The notes under the pieces were generated by a model. It ran no database searches. It worked only from the letters and a program-made list of their open reading frames with translations, and was not told the origin of the DNA. A program made the translations under genes and the position numbers. Below, in pieces: positions 1 through 13,170 of a stretch of DNA of 64,000 bases. Where the stretch lies: the NCBI GenBank assembly GCA_964016885.1, contig CAXHJY010001213.1, positions 11,312-75,311 of the forward strand, written 5' to 3'. Within the stretch, counting starts at the first letter, position 1; every line of letters begins with the position of its first letter. The DNA is from Eledone cirrhosa. Taxonomy: Eukaryota.

Positions 1-146
1 ATATATATGTATGTATGTAAGTTGTGTGTGTATGTATGTATATGTCTATGTGTGTGTATATATATATGTATGTATATCGATGTACGTGTATGTATGTACA
101 AGTATGTCTATGTATGTGTGTATGTATGTGTATGTATATTTATGTG

Positions 147-193
<47 letters not shown>

Positions 194-494
194 ATATATA
201 TATGTATATATCTTTATTATTTATTTTTTATATATATGTGTATGTGTGTATATGTTGTGCGTGTGTGTGTGTGTGTGTATATATATCTTTATATATGTGT
301 ATGTGTATGTTCGTGTAGGTGTATGTGTGTATATGACTTTATATGTATGTGTGTATGTGTGTATGCGTAAATATTTCTATGTGTGTGTACATGTATGTAT
401 GTGTGTATATGTGTATGTGTGTGTATGTGTATAAGTATGTGTATATGTATATATATATATATATATATGTTATATATATATATGTATATGTATA

Positions 495-525
<31 letters not shown>

Positions 526-841
526 CTATATGTTTTTCTATTTGTATATGTATGTGTGTATAGGTATATACCTTTCTCTTTGTATTTCTAAGTTGTGTGA
601 TAGTGTAGTGGTGTTTGTATGTATATACCGATATATAGATGCGTAAGTATTTGTCTGTATGTATATATGTAAGTCTGTATATATTTGTGTGTATATATAG
701 CTATGTATGTGTATATCTGTATGTATATTAGTATGTAAGTCTTGTATATGTGCATGTATGTGTGTGGTTATATATATCTGTGTCTATATAGTATGTGTGA
801 TTATATGTATATGTGTGTGTATATGTACGTGTATATACATA

Positions 842-900
<59 letters not shown>

Positions 901-1979
901 GTGTATTTGTATGTATATGTGTATATGTATGTGTGTATATGTATATGTTTATATATATGTGTGTATGTATGTTCTTAGTGTGGATGTGTGTATATGTATG
1001 TATGTGTTTGTATATGTGTGTATATTTATGTATGTGTGTGTGTGTGTCTATGTGTATATATATGTATATTATATATATATATGTGTGTGTATATATATAT
1101 ATATATATATGTATGTGTATATATGTATATATATATATTTATTTTCTTGATATATTTCTTTTTTCTTTTTTCTTTTTTCTGTTTTCTTTCTATTCTTTCC
1201 TCTTTAATGTTTATTTATTATTTTTTATTTTCTTAGTTTATAGATACATCTATATTAGGCAGTCTGCTCAGACCGTTGAATACTGACCTCTCCCCCCCCC
1301 TCCCACCTAATTTCTGTATCTTGATCTAAAAATGTGTGTGCCAGTGTTTTATGTGAGTGAATTAATATCCATGTGCTTATGATTTTATATCCACATATAT
1401 AAATGTGAGTGGGGGTGTGTGTGTGTTTGTATGTTCGTGGTTATGTGTATATTTATGCATATACGCGCGTGTATGTGTGATTGTACGGATATGTGTGAGT
1501 ATGAAAAAATATATTTATATACTTAATTTCATAAGTGTCAATACGCATCTTATCTGTGCATTATAAACTTACAGAGACATTAACCTTGAAATTTTGTATT
1601 TGCATCCATCCTTTTAGTATGCGTATACAAATTATACATACATTTTTGTAAAATATGTGTAAGGGTTTTACATGTATATACACACACCGAACTGCATTTA
1701 ACCCTTTGTGTTTTCATTGGTCAATTTTGTTCCCAAACGGACCTGAAATTTTGAATTGTTGTTATTATCAATAAATATACTTCATTATTTCTGAAGACGG
1801 CGTATATATGTGTTGGTATGTATATTTAATCTTGATAATTTGTATAATTTTGTATAATTTTGTACATAGATCTGTTGAATATGCATACCAATTCTAACAC
1901 ATATATATCCTAGAAACGATCGTTAAATAATGAACTTTTTTTGTTTAATATAAAGAATTGTTTATTCATTATTTGTTTA

Positions 1980-1986
<7 letters not shown>
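1..1986 (+). mobile_element. 3' UTR/3' end of a Penelope-like element, microsatellite-rich, ending in a hammerhead and (TA)n
   Basis: 1230-1986 is a diverged inverted homologue of about 9340-10200, which lies downstream of the GIY-YIG ORF at 12028-12760 (-). It contains the HHR at 1781-1934. The left boundary is uncertain. Confidence 0.6.
1781..1934 (+). ncRNA. Type I hammerhead ribozyme with very long stem II
   Basis: Stem I TTCATTATTT/AAATAATGAA (10 bp), core CTGAAGA (1791-1797), a stem II hairpin of about 115 nt, GAAA (1913-1916), palindromic stem III CGATCG, cleavage triplet GTT. Confidence 0.85.
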
Positions 1987-2017
<31 letters not shown>

Positions 2018-2020
2018 TAT

Positions 2021-2107
2021 ATGATGGCTGCCCCCTCGTTATTGAGTATGGCCATTGCACAATTAAAAAAAAAAAAAAAAAAAATAAAATAAATAAATAA
2101 ATAAAAA

Positions 2108-2143
<36 letters not shown>

Positions 2144-2165
2144 AAAAAAAAAAAAAAGGGAAAAG

Positions 2166-2196
<31 letters not shown>

Positions 2197-2318
2197 TATA
2201 CATACATATATATATACACATATATATACACACACACATACATACACATACATACATATATACACACACACATACATACACATACACTCACACATATATA
2301 CACACATACATTAATAAC

Positions 2319-2355
<37 letters not shown>

Positions 2356-2443
2356 GCAATAATAATAATAACGACAACAACAATAATAATATACATATTC
2401 ATATATATATACACACACACGCACGCACATAAGCATATCTACC

Positions 2444-2474
<31 letters not shown>

Positions 2475-5400
2475 GATAGCAACTAACAGTGCTGCGATCG
2501 AATGTGGCTTTTTAGCCCAGCCAATGATCTAAAATGTCTTGCACAGAGTCGGCAACCAAAACATTTACTGGGAATAGTCGGCTGTGGTTGGAGTTCGTGT
2601 ACTTTTGCATGTCGCTTGAGTCCTCCTGCTGATTTACATTCTCTACCACATGTTTGGCAAGCATGATGAGTAGCATCTCCAACAGCAGCCTGGTAGTCAA
2701 CCACTGGTCTTACTTTATGACTGCGAAGATGACTTTCGAGTCCAGCTTTGCTTAGGCAGAGTCTCGCACAGACGCTGCATGTCAGAAACATAGGAGGACC
2801 CTCGCCGTCTGGAAGTGCAACAGCAATACCCTTCCTCACGTCCCGCTTTACTTTCTCGTGTGCGATTCGAGATGCCTCAAAGGCAACTTTTCCCTCATAT
2901 ACAGTCTTTCTCCATTTATTACGATCAGCAGCAATATTTTCCCATGTATCAGCAGAGATGTTAGCGTCTTTCAGAGAGGCCTTCAAGGAATCCTTATACC
3001 TCTTTTTTGGTTTATGTGGCGGTCGTTTTCCTTTAACCAACTCTCCATAGAAGAGTTGTTTTGGTATTCTAGAATCCTTCATCCTGGCAAGGTGACCACT
3101 CCAACGGAGTCGCTGCTTAAGCACAAGAGCTTCTATACTGTCACACATAGAGCTTTCCAAAATCTCGACATCACTGATGTGGTCCCTCCAGCGAACGCCA
3201 TGTATCCGTCTGAGACACATCTGATGGAAACGCTCCAATTGCTTAAGGTGGCGTCGATATGTGACCCAGGTCTCGCAGGCATAAAGAAGACAAGAGAGTA
3301 CACATGCCCTGTACACCTTTACCTTTGTCCTCCTGCATATGTCTCGCCGACCCCAGAGTCGCCTTTCTAGCTTTCCGAAAGCATCACTTGCTTTCCTAAT
3401 CCTAAGTGAGATCTCACTGTCAAGGTTGCCGTATCGATTGACAGTGCTTCCCAGGTAGACAAACTGATCAACCACTCCAAGTCGTTTGCCATACACATAG
3501 ATGTTTGGTTCAGTGTACTGCCTACCAGGTGCAGGTTGGTACATGACGACGGTTTTCTTGAGACTGACAGTCAAACCCAGGGCAGTGCAAGCGTCAGAAA
3601 ATACATTCAAAATGTGCTGCATATCACTCTCTGTGTGCGCTACAAGATCGCAATCATCTGCATACAAGAGGTCTCTTATGACTGATGTAAATACTTTTGT
3701 CTTCGCAGCAAAGCGCCTGATGTTAAATATGCTGCCTGAGGTTCGATATCGGATGTAAACACCATGCTCGCAATTCCTGAATGCAATACAGAAAACCATT
3801 GCAAAGTATATGGCAAACAGGGTCGGTGCTGGAATATCCCCCTGTTTCACTCCATTTTTTACTGAGATAGGCTCCGACATGCTACCTCCGACATTAACCC
3901 AAGCCTTCATGTCGTCATGGAAAGACCTAACTAAAGCAAGGAACTTATCAGGGCAACCAAGTTTCTGGAGAACCTTCCATAATGCATCTCTGTTGACAGT
4001 ATCGAAAGCCTTTGTCAGATCGACAAAAACCTGATACAGATCCAAGCCCTGTTCAATGCACTTCTCCTGGAGCTGTCTAGCTGAGAAGATCATATCAGTA
4101 GTGCCGCGTCCAACACGAAAACCAGATTGACTTTCAGGAAGGACACAATCTGCAATGTGTGTCAGCAGACGGTCCAGAAGCACCCTACATAAAACTTTCC
4201 CCACGACAGAAAGCAATGATATACCTCTGTAGTTCCCACAATCATTCCTGTTACCCTTTCCCTTGTACAAGACCACCATTACTGCATCTCTCCAGTCCTC
4301 AGGCACGGATTCATTAGCCCATATCCTTCCAAACAGAGAGTGAAGATGTTGCAGGAGTCTCTCACCACCATATTGTAGGAGCTCAGCATGTATGCCATCC
4401 ATACCTGGAGATCTTCCACTGTTCAGCTTCGAAATAGCCACTGCAACCTCCACAAGTGTCGGAGGTTCTGCGAGAGCTACTTTCACAGGACTTTCCGGAA
4501 TGAGATTGAGGAAATCTTCACTGACGACAGACGGCTGATTCAAAAGATCATCAAAGTGCTCTCGCCACCTTCGTAGAATTCCCTGTGAGTCACGAAGAAG
4601 TTCTTTGCCATCCTTGCTGCGAATCGGTGTCACCAGAGAAGAAGACGGTCCATAAACCTCACGCAAGAGACTGTACAACAGCTTTGTGTTATTGCAATCA
4701 GACGCAGTTTGTATCTCACCAGCCTTCTCACTCCACCACTGATCCTTCATCTGAGAAAGACTCCGCCTAACACGTGATTTTACATCCCTGAGCTCCTCAT
4801 GCAACGTATTCCTCTCCTGTGGTCTTGCCGTCAAGTAGCGTGACAGAGCGCGCCTCTTATCAGCCAACAAGTCATCTATATGCACATCCTTCTCATCAAA
4901 CCAGTCCTGATGTTTTCTCTGCACCAATCCCAGAACACGTCTGCCTACATCATAAACCGACTTTTTAAGAGTCGGCCAATCCTCACCAAGATCTGCAGCC
5001 TGCATCTCTTCTTCCAATGTCCTCTTCACATTTTTATCCTTAAGACGAGCAGCATTCAATCTTTTGGGCAGGGCAACACCAGGAGCCCGGATTTTACGTT
5101 TGGTGATTAGATTCACTTTTGCGCGTACCAGGCGGTGGTCCGTCCAGCACTCAGCTCCACGAAGAACACGAACACACTGCACATCCTGTCTGTCACGCAT
5201 CCTGACTAGGACGTAGTCCAAAAGATGCCATTCCTTAGATGCAGGATGCATCCATGTGGTCTTGAATTTGTTCTTTTGTTGGAACATGGTGCTGGTAACA
5301 CACAGATCCAGCTCCTCACACATCTGCAGCAAGAGCATACCATTGCTGTTACACTTTCCCACCCCATGCCTTCCGATTACATTCCATGTGTTAAAATCCC

Positions 5401-6067
5401 TACCCACTCTAGCATTAAAGTCACCAAGCACGATGACTTTGTCTGCCTGAGGGATATTTCTTAAAACACCTTTCAAGGCATGGTAAAAGGACAGTTTTTC
5501 TTCATCGACAGAATTCATAGTTGGAGCATACACACTCACCAGGGTAGCATATCTTCCCTTGTCCAGCGGAACTCTCATGGACATAAGACGCTCACTAATC
5601 CCCACTGGGAATTCTTCCAATTTATTCACCAGTACAGTCTTAACAGCAAATCCCACCCCAGCCTCTCTTCTGGTTCCTTCATCTCTTCCTTTCCAGAAGA
5701 ATGTATATTCTCCACAAAATTCCGTAAGATGACCATCTCCAGCTAACCTCGTCTCAGACAAAGCCACGATGTCAAGATCGTAACGTCGAAGCTCCTTCGC
5801 AACAAGAGCGGTCCTTCGTTCAGGACGCTCCAAAGAATCCCTGTCAAGCAGCGTCCGTACGTTCCAGCAGCCAAGACTAAATGCCCTGTTTGGCTCTATT
5901 ACAATGGCACGATGACGGGCGGGCCCAGGTTGTGATAACTTGGGGCCCCTGCCCTTATTGCCAATGATCTCTTTTGTTCCAGAACCCAAATTGGCAATTA
6001 TCTCGTTTACATTGTTCTGGAACATCATTGAATTGGAAAAAAAAAAAAAAAAAAAAAAGTAATAATA

Positions 6068-6102
<35 letters not shown>

Positions 6103-6405
6103 ACACTATTAATAATTATTAATGCACTCGTGCAATGCCTGTGCGTGACGAATATTTTTAAAGTGAGGAAAGACTGTGCACTGAACCAATCCCACTCTCT
6201 GAGCGACAGTAGCTATAACCCGAAAAGAAGAAAAGATCAACATCATCGGTAACTACGGAGCCGCAGGTTTTATATCGGAGTTAACCCAGTTTCCTGAGAT
6301 GCCTTCTCCTAGAAGAATACCCTGACATGGGCTAGGGGTTCTTCACTCCCAGTGGTTTAACTGCGCGATCGGGCATCCAGCCCGATTATTTCTATGTCCC
6401 CGCGC
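2021..6405 (-). mobile_element. Full-length RTE-clade non-LTR retrotransposon
   Basis: Single long ORF; GC-rich structured 5' UTR at 6120-6405; RTE-like 3' terminal motif GGCCATACTCAATAACGAGGGGGCAGCCATCAT (minus strand, about 2021-2053) separated from the ORF by microsatellites. Ends are approximate and no TSD was resolved. Confidence 0.8.
2483..6028 (-). CDS. RTE LINE polyprotein: APE endonuclease, reverse transcriptase, three C-terminal C2H2 zinc fingers
   Basis: 1181-aa intact ORF. APE motifs WNVRTL, LSETR, VLGDFNARVG, LDYVL, TDHRL. RT motifs NYRGISLLS, FVDLTKAFDTV, GVKQG, LLYADD. Fingers CSVC..HLRSH, CQTC..HAKVH, CRLC..HIRSQH. Confidence 0.97.
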   Translation of the reverse strand: MMFQNNVNEIIANLGSGTKEIIGNKGRGPKLSQPGPARHRAIVIEPNRAFSLGCWNVRTLLDRDSLERPERRTALVAKELRRYDLDIVALSETRLAGDGHLTEFCGEYTFFWKGRDEGTRREAGVGFAVKTVLVNKLEEFPVGISERLMSMRVPLDKGRYATLVSVYAPTMNSVDEEKLSFYHALKGVLRNIPQADKVIVLGDFNARVGRDFNTWNVIGRHGVGKCNSNGMLLLQMCEELDLCVTSTMFQQKNKFKTTWMHPASKEWHLLDYVLVRMRDRQDVQCVRVLRGAECWTDHRLVRAKVNLITKRKIRAPGVALPKRLNAARLKDKNVKRTLEEEMQAADLGEDWPTLKKSVYDVGRRVLGLVQRKHQDWFDEKDVHIDDLLADKRRALSRYLTARPQERNTLHEELRDVKSRVRRSLSQMKDQWWSEKAGEIQTASDCNNTKLLYSLLREVYGPSSSLVTPIRSKDGKELLRDSQGILRRWREHFDDLLNQPSVVSEDFLNLIPESPVKVALAEPPTLVEVAVAISKLNSGRSPGMDGIHAELLQYGGERLLQHLHSLFGRIWANESVPEDWRDAVMVVLYKGKGNRNDCGNYRGISLLSVVGKVLCRVLLDRLLTHIADCVLPESQSGFRVGRGTTDMIFSARQLQEKCIEQGLDLYQVFVDLTKAFDTVNRDALWKVLQKLGCPDKFLALVRSFHDDMKAWVNVGGSMSEPISVKNGVKQGDIPAPTLFAIYFAMVFCIAFRNCEHGVYIRYRTSGSIFNIRRFAAKTKVFTSVIRDLLYADDCDLVAHTESDMQHILNVFSDACTALGLTVSLKKTVVMYQPAPGRQYTEPNIYVYGKRLGVVDQFVYLGSTVNRYGNLDSEISLRIRKASDAFGKLERRLWGRRDICRRTKVKVYRACVLSCLLYACETWVTYRRHLKQLERFHQMCLRRIHGVRWRDHISDVEILESSMCDSIEALVLKQRLRWSGHLARMKDSRIPKQLFYGELVKGKRPPHKPKKRYKDSLKASLKDANISADTWENIAADRNKWRKTVYEGKVAFEASRIAHEKVKRDVRKGIAVALPDGEGPPMFLTCSVCARLCLSKAGLESHLRSHKVRPVVDYQAAVGDATHHACQTCGRECKSAGGLKRHAKVHELQPQPTIPSKCFGCRLCARHFRSLAGLKSHIRSQHC

Positions 6406-6868
6406 AAAAAAAAAAAAAAAAAAAAAAAAAATTACTTATTGACACTTATACGTACGACATACACACACACGCATACATATGCGTGCACACAGCAACACTC
6501 GCACACACAACAAACACACACACACGCTACTCTACTCACTTACACGCACACACACACATATATATATATATATTACCGTCATTACTGATACAAGATTACC
6601 AGATTATGTCAACTGTTGACTTTCAAGAGTTTGTATAGTTGAAGCCGATCGTATTACAGTCCAGTATTACTATAATTGCTTTACAGCATAGAGTTATGGC
6701 TCTCCACGGAGTCAACAAAAGAGAGTACCAGTGATGCGCTGGCCAGTCGCTGGATCCGTGCCAAAAGCAGAAAAATTATTATTAAAGTTGTTCTTAAGGT
6801 CGCTGGTGATGGTGATGGCGACGGCGGTGGCGGTGGTGGTGGTGGCGGCAGTTGATGTTGTTGTTCTG

Positions 6869-6911
<43 letters not shown>

Positions 6912-6959
6912 GTTATTTTGAGTTTTTTTTTTTTTTTTTTTTTTTCCTTTCTTTTTTTC

Positions 6960-6991
<32 letters not shown>

Positions 6992-7639
6992 CCCTTTTCC
7001 TTTTTCTTTTCCCTTCCTTTTTTTATGTTTTGATGCCGCTGTTGTTGTTGTTGTTGTAATTGTTGTAATTGTTGTAATTGTTGTAATTGTTGTATAGGGA
7101 GCTTATAGATAGGACAACACACGCTGTCTCTTCGTGGGGTAAGTTTTTAATTAATTTTTGTATTCTGAAACATCAAAATACAACAATTTGTTGGTTACTG
7201 GACTCGGGAATGTCACGACAGAAGTTTGTGGAAGTTACACAAATATTTTAGTATATTTTAGCAGAGCAATCCTTATTTATATTTTACATTTACTTACATC
7301 TCAATATAACATGGCTAGAATTCAAATTTTGCTAAGAGAAGAAAACGGTCAAATGAACTAGATACATCTCACTGTCCACACCACCACAATAACGTCTACA
7401 CTCTCTCCCCACCATCACATGTCATTACCATACCATACCCTATCGAGACTAAAGTCATCGACCTGTTGTCAAACTCTCTACTCTCTGATGAATGTATATA
7501 TATATATGTGTGTGTATGTATATGTGTGTACATACATCACTCAGTCAAACAACCAGATTTCAACCCCAACATCTACAACAACAACAACACCGGCACTAAT
7601 GTTTACAGCAACAACAGCTTCAGAATGAACTGAAATGAA

Positions 7640-8528
<889 letters not shown>

Positions 8529-8533
<5 letters not shown>

Positions 8534-8639
8534 AACAAGTAAGACCCCGACGGCTGAGCTCAAGCCGTTTCGACGGATAATTCTGACAGAGTTAGCCGTC
8601 GAAACGGCTTGAGCTCAGCCGTCGGTGTCTTGTTCCTAT
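8529..8639. repeat. Fold-back palindrome built from the 3' half of a hammerhead
   Basis: Arms GACGGCTGAGCTCAAGCCGTTTCGACGG / CCGTCGAAACGGCTTGAGCTCAGCCGTC. Each strand reads GAAA-CGGCT..AGCCG-TC (stem III plus GUC) but has no CTGANGA. Confidence 0.75.
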
Positions 8640-8838
8640 TACCCACTCTACTACCCTATATATATATAGATATAGATAGGTAAATATACACGGGTGTGTA
8701 TGATTGTGTATAGAAGATTATATTAAGAAGAGGAATTCCAACTTTGTCTGATTTACTCGTTTTATTTACAATCCTTTCAAATATATAATGGTATTATAAT
8801 GAAATAGTATGATAGAATATTAAATTCTAAGTGTTAAT

Positions 8839-8877
8839 TGAACAAGTACTTTCATGCTTTCGCAATCTTCAGGTTCA
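8839..8877 (-). ncRNA. Minimal type I hammerhead (left arm of palindrome)
   Basis: Reverse complement of the motif at 8966-9004. Confidence 0.8.
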
Positions 8878-8965
8878 TAAGATGTGGTGACAGTCGAGTT
8901 TGCAATTTTCAACTGTTGAAATTTTTACAGTTGAAAATTGCAAACTCGACTGTCACCACATATCA

Positions 8966-9004
8966 TGAACCTGAAGATTGCGAAAGCATGAAAGTACTTG
9001 TTCA
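8966..9004 (+). ncRNA. Minimal type I hammerhead (right arm of palindrome)
   Basis: TGAAC CTGAAGA T-TGC-GAAA-GCA-T GAAA GTAC TT GTTCA: stem I 5 bp, stem II with GAAA tetraloop, palindromic stem III GTAC. Confidence 0.8.
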
Positions 9005-9400
9005 ATTAACATTTAGAATTTAATATTCTATCATACTATTTCATTATAATACCATTATATATTTTAAAGGATTGTAAATAAAACGAGTAAATCAGACAAA
9101 GTTGGAATTCCTCTTATTAATATATATATATATATATACATACATATATATATATATATATATACATACATATATATATATATATATATACATATATATA
9201 CATGTAGATAAATCTACCAAAAGTTTACGGTAGTGTCCAATCCGTATGAAGAACTCAATGTAATCCGGATATCATGGAAAGAAGAGATGCATTCAAAAAT
9301 CACTTTCGGTGAAAGATAAACGGAATACAGAATCAAGATAAAATATTAAAAAAATAATGAATAAAACAATGAAACAGTTCCTTATATTAAAAAAAAAAAG

Positions 9401-9553
9401 TTCATTATTTAACGATCGTTTCTAGGACATATATGTGTTAGAATTGGCATGCATATTCAACAGATCTATGTACAAAATTATACAAAATTATGCAAACTAT
9501 CAAATAGAATATACATACCAACACATACATATGCCGTCTTCAGAAATAATGAA
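9401..9553 (-). ncRNA. Type I hammerhead with long stem II (paralogue of 1781-1934)
   Basis: Minus strand reads TTCATTATTT CTGAAGA ...long hairpin... GAAA CGATCG TT AAATAATGAA. The core and stems I and III are identical to the 1781 copy while the flanks diverge. Confidence 0.85.
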
Positions 9554-9947
9554 ATATATTTATTGATAATAACAACAATTCAAAATTACAGGTCTGTTTG
9601 GGAACAGAGTTCAAATAGACCAATGAAATACACAAAAATATATCAAGAAAATACAGTTAGGTGTGTGTATATATGTAAGTAACTTCGTCCAAAGATATGC
9701 ATAAAAATGTATGTTCACATGCATACGCATGTCGAAAAAATGTATGTAAATACAAAAATTCAGGGCTAATGTCTCTGTATGTTTATAATCTACAGACAAA
9801 ATACACATACGTATACATACATATATACACTCATATATACACACATATACATACATATATACACTCATATATACACACATATACATACATTCATACACAC
9901 ACACACGCATATACACATAAACATACACATACCCACGAACATACACA

Positions 9948-10020
<73 letters not shown>

Positions 10021-10250
10021 GTATATATTATTATTATAACTATATGGATATTGAGGCGCACACATAAATACTGCAACATATACTTACATCTAGATGCAGA
10101 ACTAAAAATAGGTAAAGGGAGTCAGTAATTACAGAGGGTGTCAGACAACAGCCTATTTATAAAAATGTATCTATAAATTTAGAAATAAAAAGAAATATAT
10201 TAAAAGAAATAAACAAGTAAAATATATACTCATACATAAAATACACACCG

Positions 10251-10325
<75 letters not shown>

Positions 10326-10728
10326 TATAGAGAGACATATACATATACATATATAAACATACACATACACACATACATATATATATACATGTACTCACAA
10401 CACACATATATATACACATATATGTACACACACATACACACATACATACACATACATATATATATATACACACATATATATACACATATATATATACACA
10501 CATATATATATACATACACGCACATATATATACACACACACACATACATATACGTATATATACATACACATACACATATACATGTATATATATACACATA
10601 CAACCCCACGCTCACACACAACTCAGACGTACATAAATATAGAGATATACATACACACATATATATATATATATAGATATATACATACATATAAATATAT
10701 ATACACACACATACATACACACACACAT

Positions 10729-10778
<50 letters not shown>

Positions 10779-11189
10779 ATAAATAAATACACACAGTCAG
10801 ACAATTATGCGCATATATACACATACATACACACATCTCTACAAATATATATACACATACACATACATACACACACATATATATACATATATATATATAC
10901 AATCATACACACTTATTTACATGCGCACATATGTATTTTTATACTCACATACAAACACCCAAACATACATACATACTTACATACACATACATACATCCAC
11001 GCTTACAAATACGAATAATTATAGGGGGGGGGGGAAGGGGATTAAAATTATTAGTGGGAAATAGTAAATATAGGTTTCAAGGAACATAGAATATTAATCT
11101 GCATTTAGATCATAATATGTGTTTACATAGTAGTTTCAGTATTAGGAAATGTAAGAAAGAAGGCAAAATTATGCATTTTAATATAAGTA

Positions 11190-12085
11190 GACTATTAATT
11201 ATAGGTTAACTAAATTAAAAATAGTTAATATATTGATTTCTAAGGTGTATACTACTTAGGTTTATAATATTTAAAGCGGAATTTTGAAGTTAAACAGTAG
11301 TAGAGTATTAATTATAGCATAACTAAATTAAAAATATTAACATTATGGTATCAATTTTAGGAAATGAATTTAGTAATAGGGAAAACCAAATCAAGTATTT
11401 CATCGGTAGTAGCATATAAATTATAGGTTAACTAAACTAAAAATTATATATTAATTTCTATAGTATATGTTAATTAGGTTTATAATAATTAAAGCAGATT
11501 TTGTATTTTATCTATAGTAGAATATAATTATAGGTTAACAAAAATTAAAATTAATCTATATATTTATTTGTAAAGAATATATTAATTAGGTATATATTTA
11601 AAAGTTTTTCTCAGTTTATGATTACATGATATTCTGCAATCCATCTGTATTAGAATTTTAATTTTAAGCTAACTAAATTAAAATTATAGGTTAATTAAAT
11701 TAAAATTAATTTATAAATTAATTTCTAAATTGTACATTAATTAGGTTTATAATATTAAAAAGTATTTCTCTGTTATTGATTACACGATATTTTGTTATAT
11801 TTCATCTGTAAAGGAATTTTAATAAAAGGTTAAATAAACTAAAATTAATCTATAAATTAATTTCCAAAGTATATATTAATTATGTTAATAATATTTAAAA
11901 GTTTTTCACAATTTATGATTACACAATATTTTTTTAATCTCATCTGTAGTAGAATTTTAATTAAATTAAAGTTATAGGTTAACTACATTTAAATTAAATT
12001 ATATATTAATTTCTAAAATATATATTATTAATTAGGTTTATAATATTTAAATGTTTTTCTCAGTTTATGATTACACGATATAATT
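11190..12085 (-). repeat. Degenerate tandem repeats (about 110-150 bp) of the PLE ORF 3' end
   Basis: Recurring blocks TAATTAGGTTTATAATATTTAAA..TTTTCTCAGTTTATGATTACA and TTATAGGTTAACTAAATTAAAA match the last codons ([15 protein letters not shown]) of the adjacent ORF. Confidence 0.75.
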
Positions 12086-12760
12086 AATTCCTGTCGCTTA
12101 TTTAATAGGATATCCTTAGATTTCATTATTTCAAATAGTTCTTGGGAACACAATCTACATTCATTTCTATTATTTTGATAAGGGGTGGCTCTTTTGAGCA
12201 CACTCCAGGTCATATCATATTCTATATTCTTATTTCTATAACTATTAATTTTTTCTGCTAGAGATGTTGTATTAGCCAGTGCGGCATTTTTAAAAAAACT
12301 ATGTTTGTGGGTATTAAACCTTACCTTAAAATTGTTAGAAGTAGCTCCGATATATGAGCAAATAGAATCTTTAGTTTTAACTTTACATTTATAAACTATG
12401 TTGTTAACAAGACAATTTCCTTTTAATGGGCAGTTTGCTTTGTTTCTACAGTTACAACCTTTCGTTAATTCTGTATTTGAGGAGATATTATGGTTAGTTT
12501 GATGTATTGGTGGTATACTTATGGTTTTTTTACATTTATATGCATTATAGGCACTTATATTTTGTTTTATGTTTTTGGTTGTTGAGTATGAGAATTTAAC
12601 TGTTGATCTATTTAAGATTTGATGGTATTTGTGGTTTGGCGGGAAGTTTTTCTCTAGGATATAAACAAATTTTTTAGCAATATTATCCTTAATTTGTAAA
12701 TTAAATGGAGCATTATACCAAGTAACTCGTCTATTACGGTTTCTATGTTGTTTATTATTT
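12028..12760 (-). CDS. Penelope-like (Naiad-type) linker plus GIY-YIG endonuclease, 5'-truncated
   Basis: [41 protein letters not shown]...[31 protein letters not shown]. Homologous to 61274-62323. The N-terminus in the ORF track is a microsatellite artefact. Confidence 0.9.
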
Positions 12761-12823
12761 TTATAGGTTATACATACATATATATATATACATATATATA
12801 TACATATATATATATATACATAC

Positions 12824-12861
<38 letters not shown>

Positions 12862-12957
12862 CTATATATACATATATATATATACATACATATATATACA
12901 TATATATATATATACATATATATACATATATATATACATACATATATATATATATAT

Positions 12958-12988
<31 letters not shown>

Positions 12989-13055
12989 CATATATATACA
13001 TATATATATACATACATATATATATATATATACATACATATATATACATATATAT

Positions 13056-13096
<41 letters not shown>

Positions 13097-13113
13097 CATA
13101 TATATATATATAT

Positions 13114-13168
<55 letters not shown>

Positions 13169-13170
13169 CA

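Larger units (their letters stand above)
8721..9122. repeat. About 400-bp near-perfect palindrome carrying two divergent hammerheads
   Basis: The arms are reverse complements around about 8920 with a few mismatches; (TA)n follows on the right. Confidence 0.93.
9205..12775 (-). mobile_element. 5'-truncated Penelope-like element: GIY-YIG end, long 3' UTR, terminal hammerhead
   Basis: Bounded by (TA)n on both sides. It comprises the GIY-YIG ORF, tandem copies of the ORF end, a microsatellite-rich UTR and the HHR at 9401-9553. That these parts form one element is inferred. Confidence 0.7.

Noticed and set aside
2748-5746. Plus-strand ORFs overlapping the RTE
   Set aside because: Antisense shadows of the real ORF with no motifs of their own.
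7483-7495. CTGATGA motif
   Set aside because: It runs straight into microsatellite with no stem II, GAAA or stem I partner.
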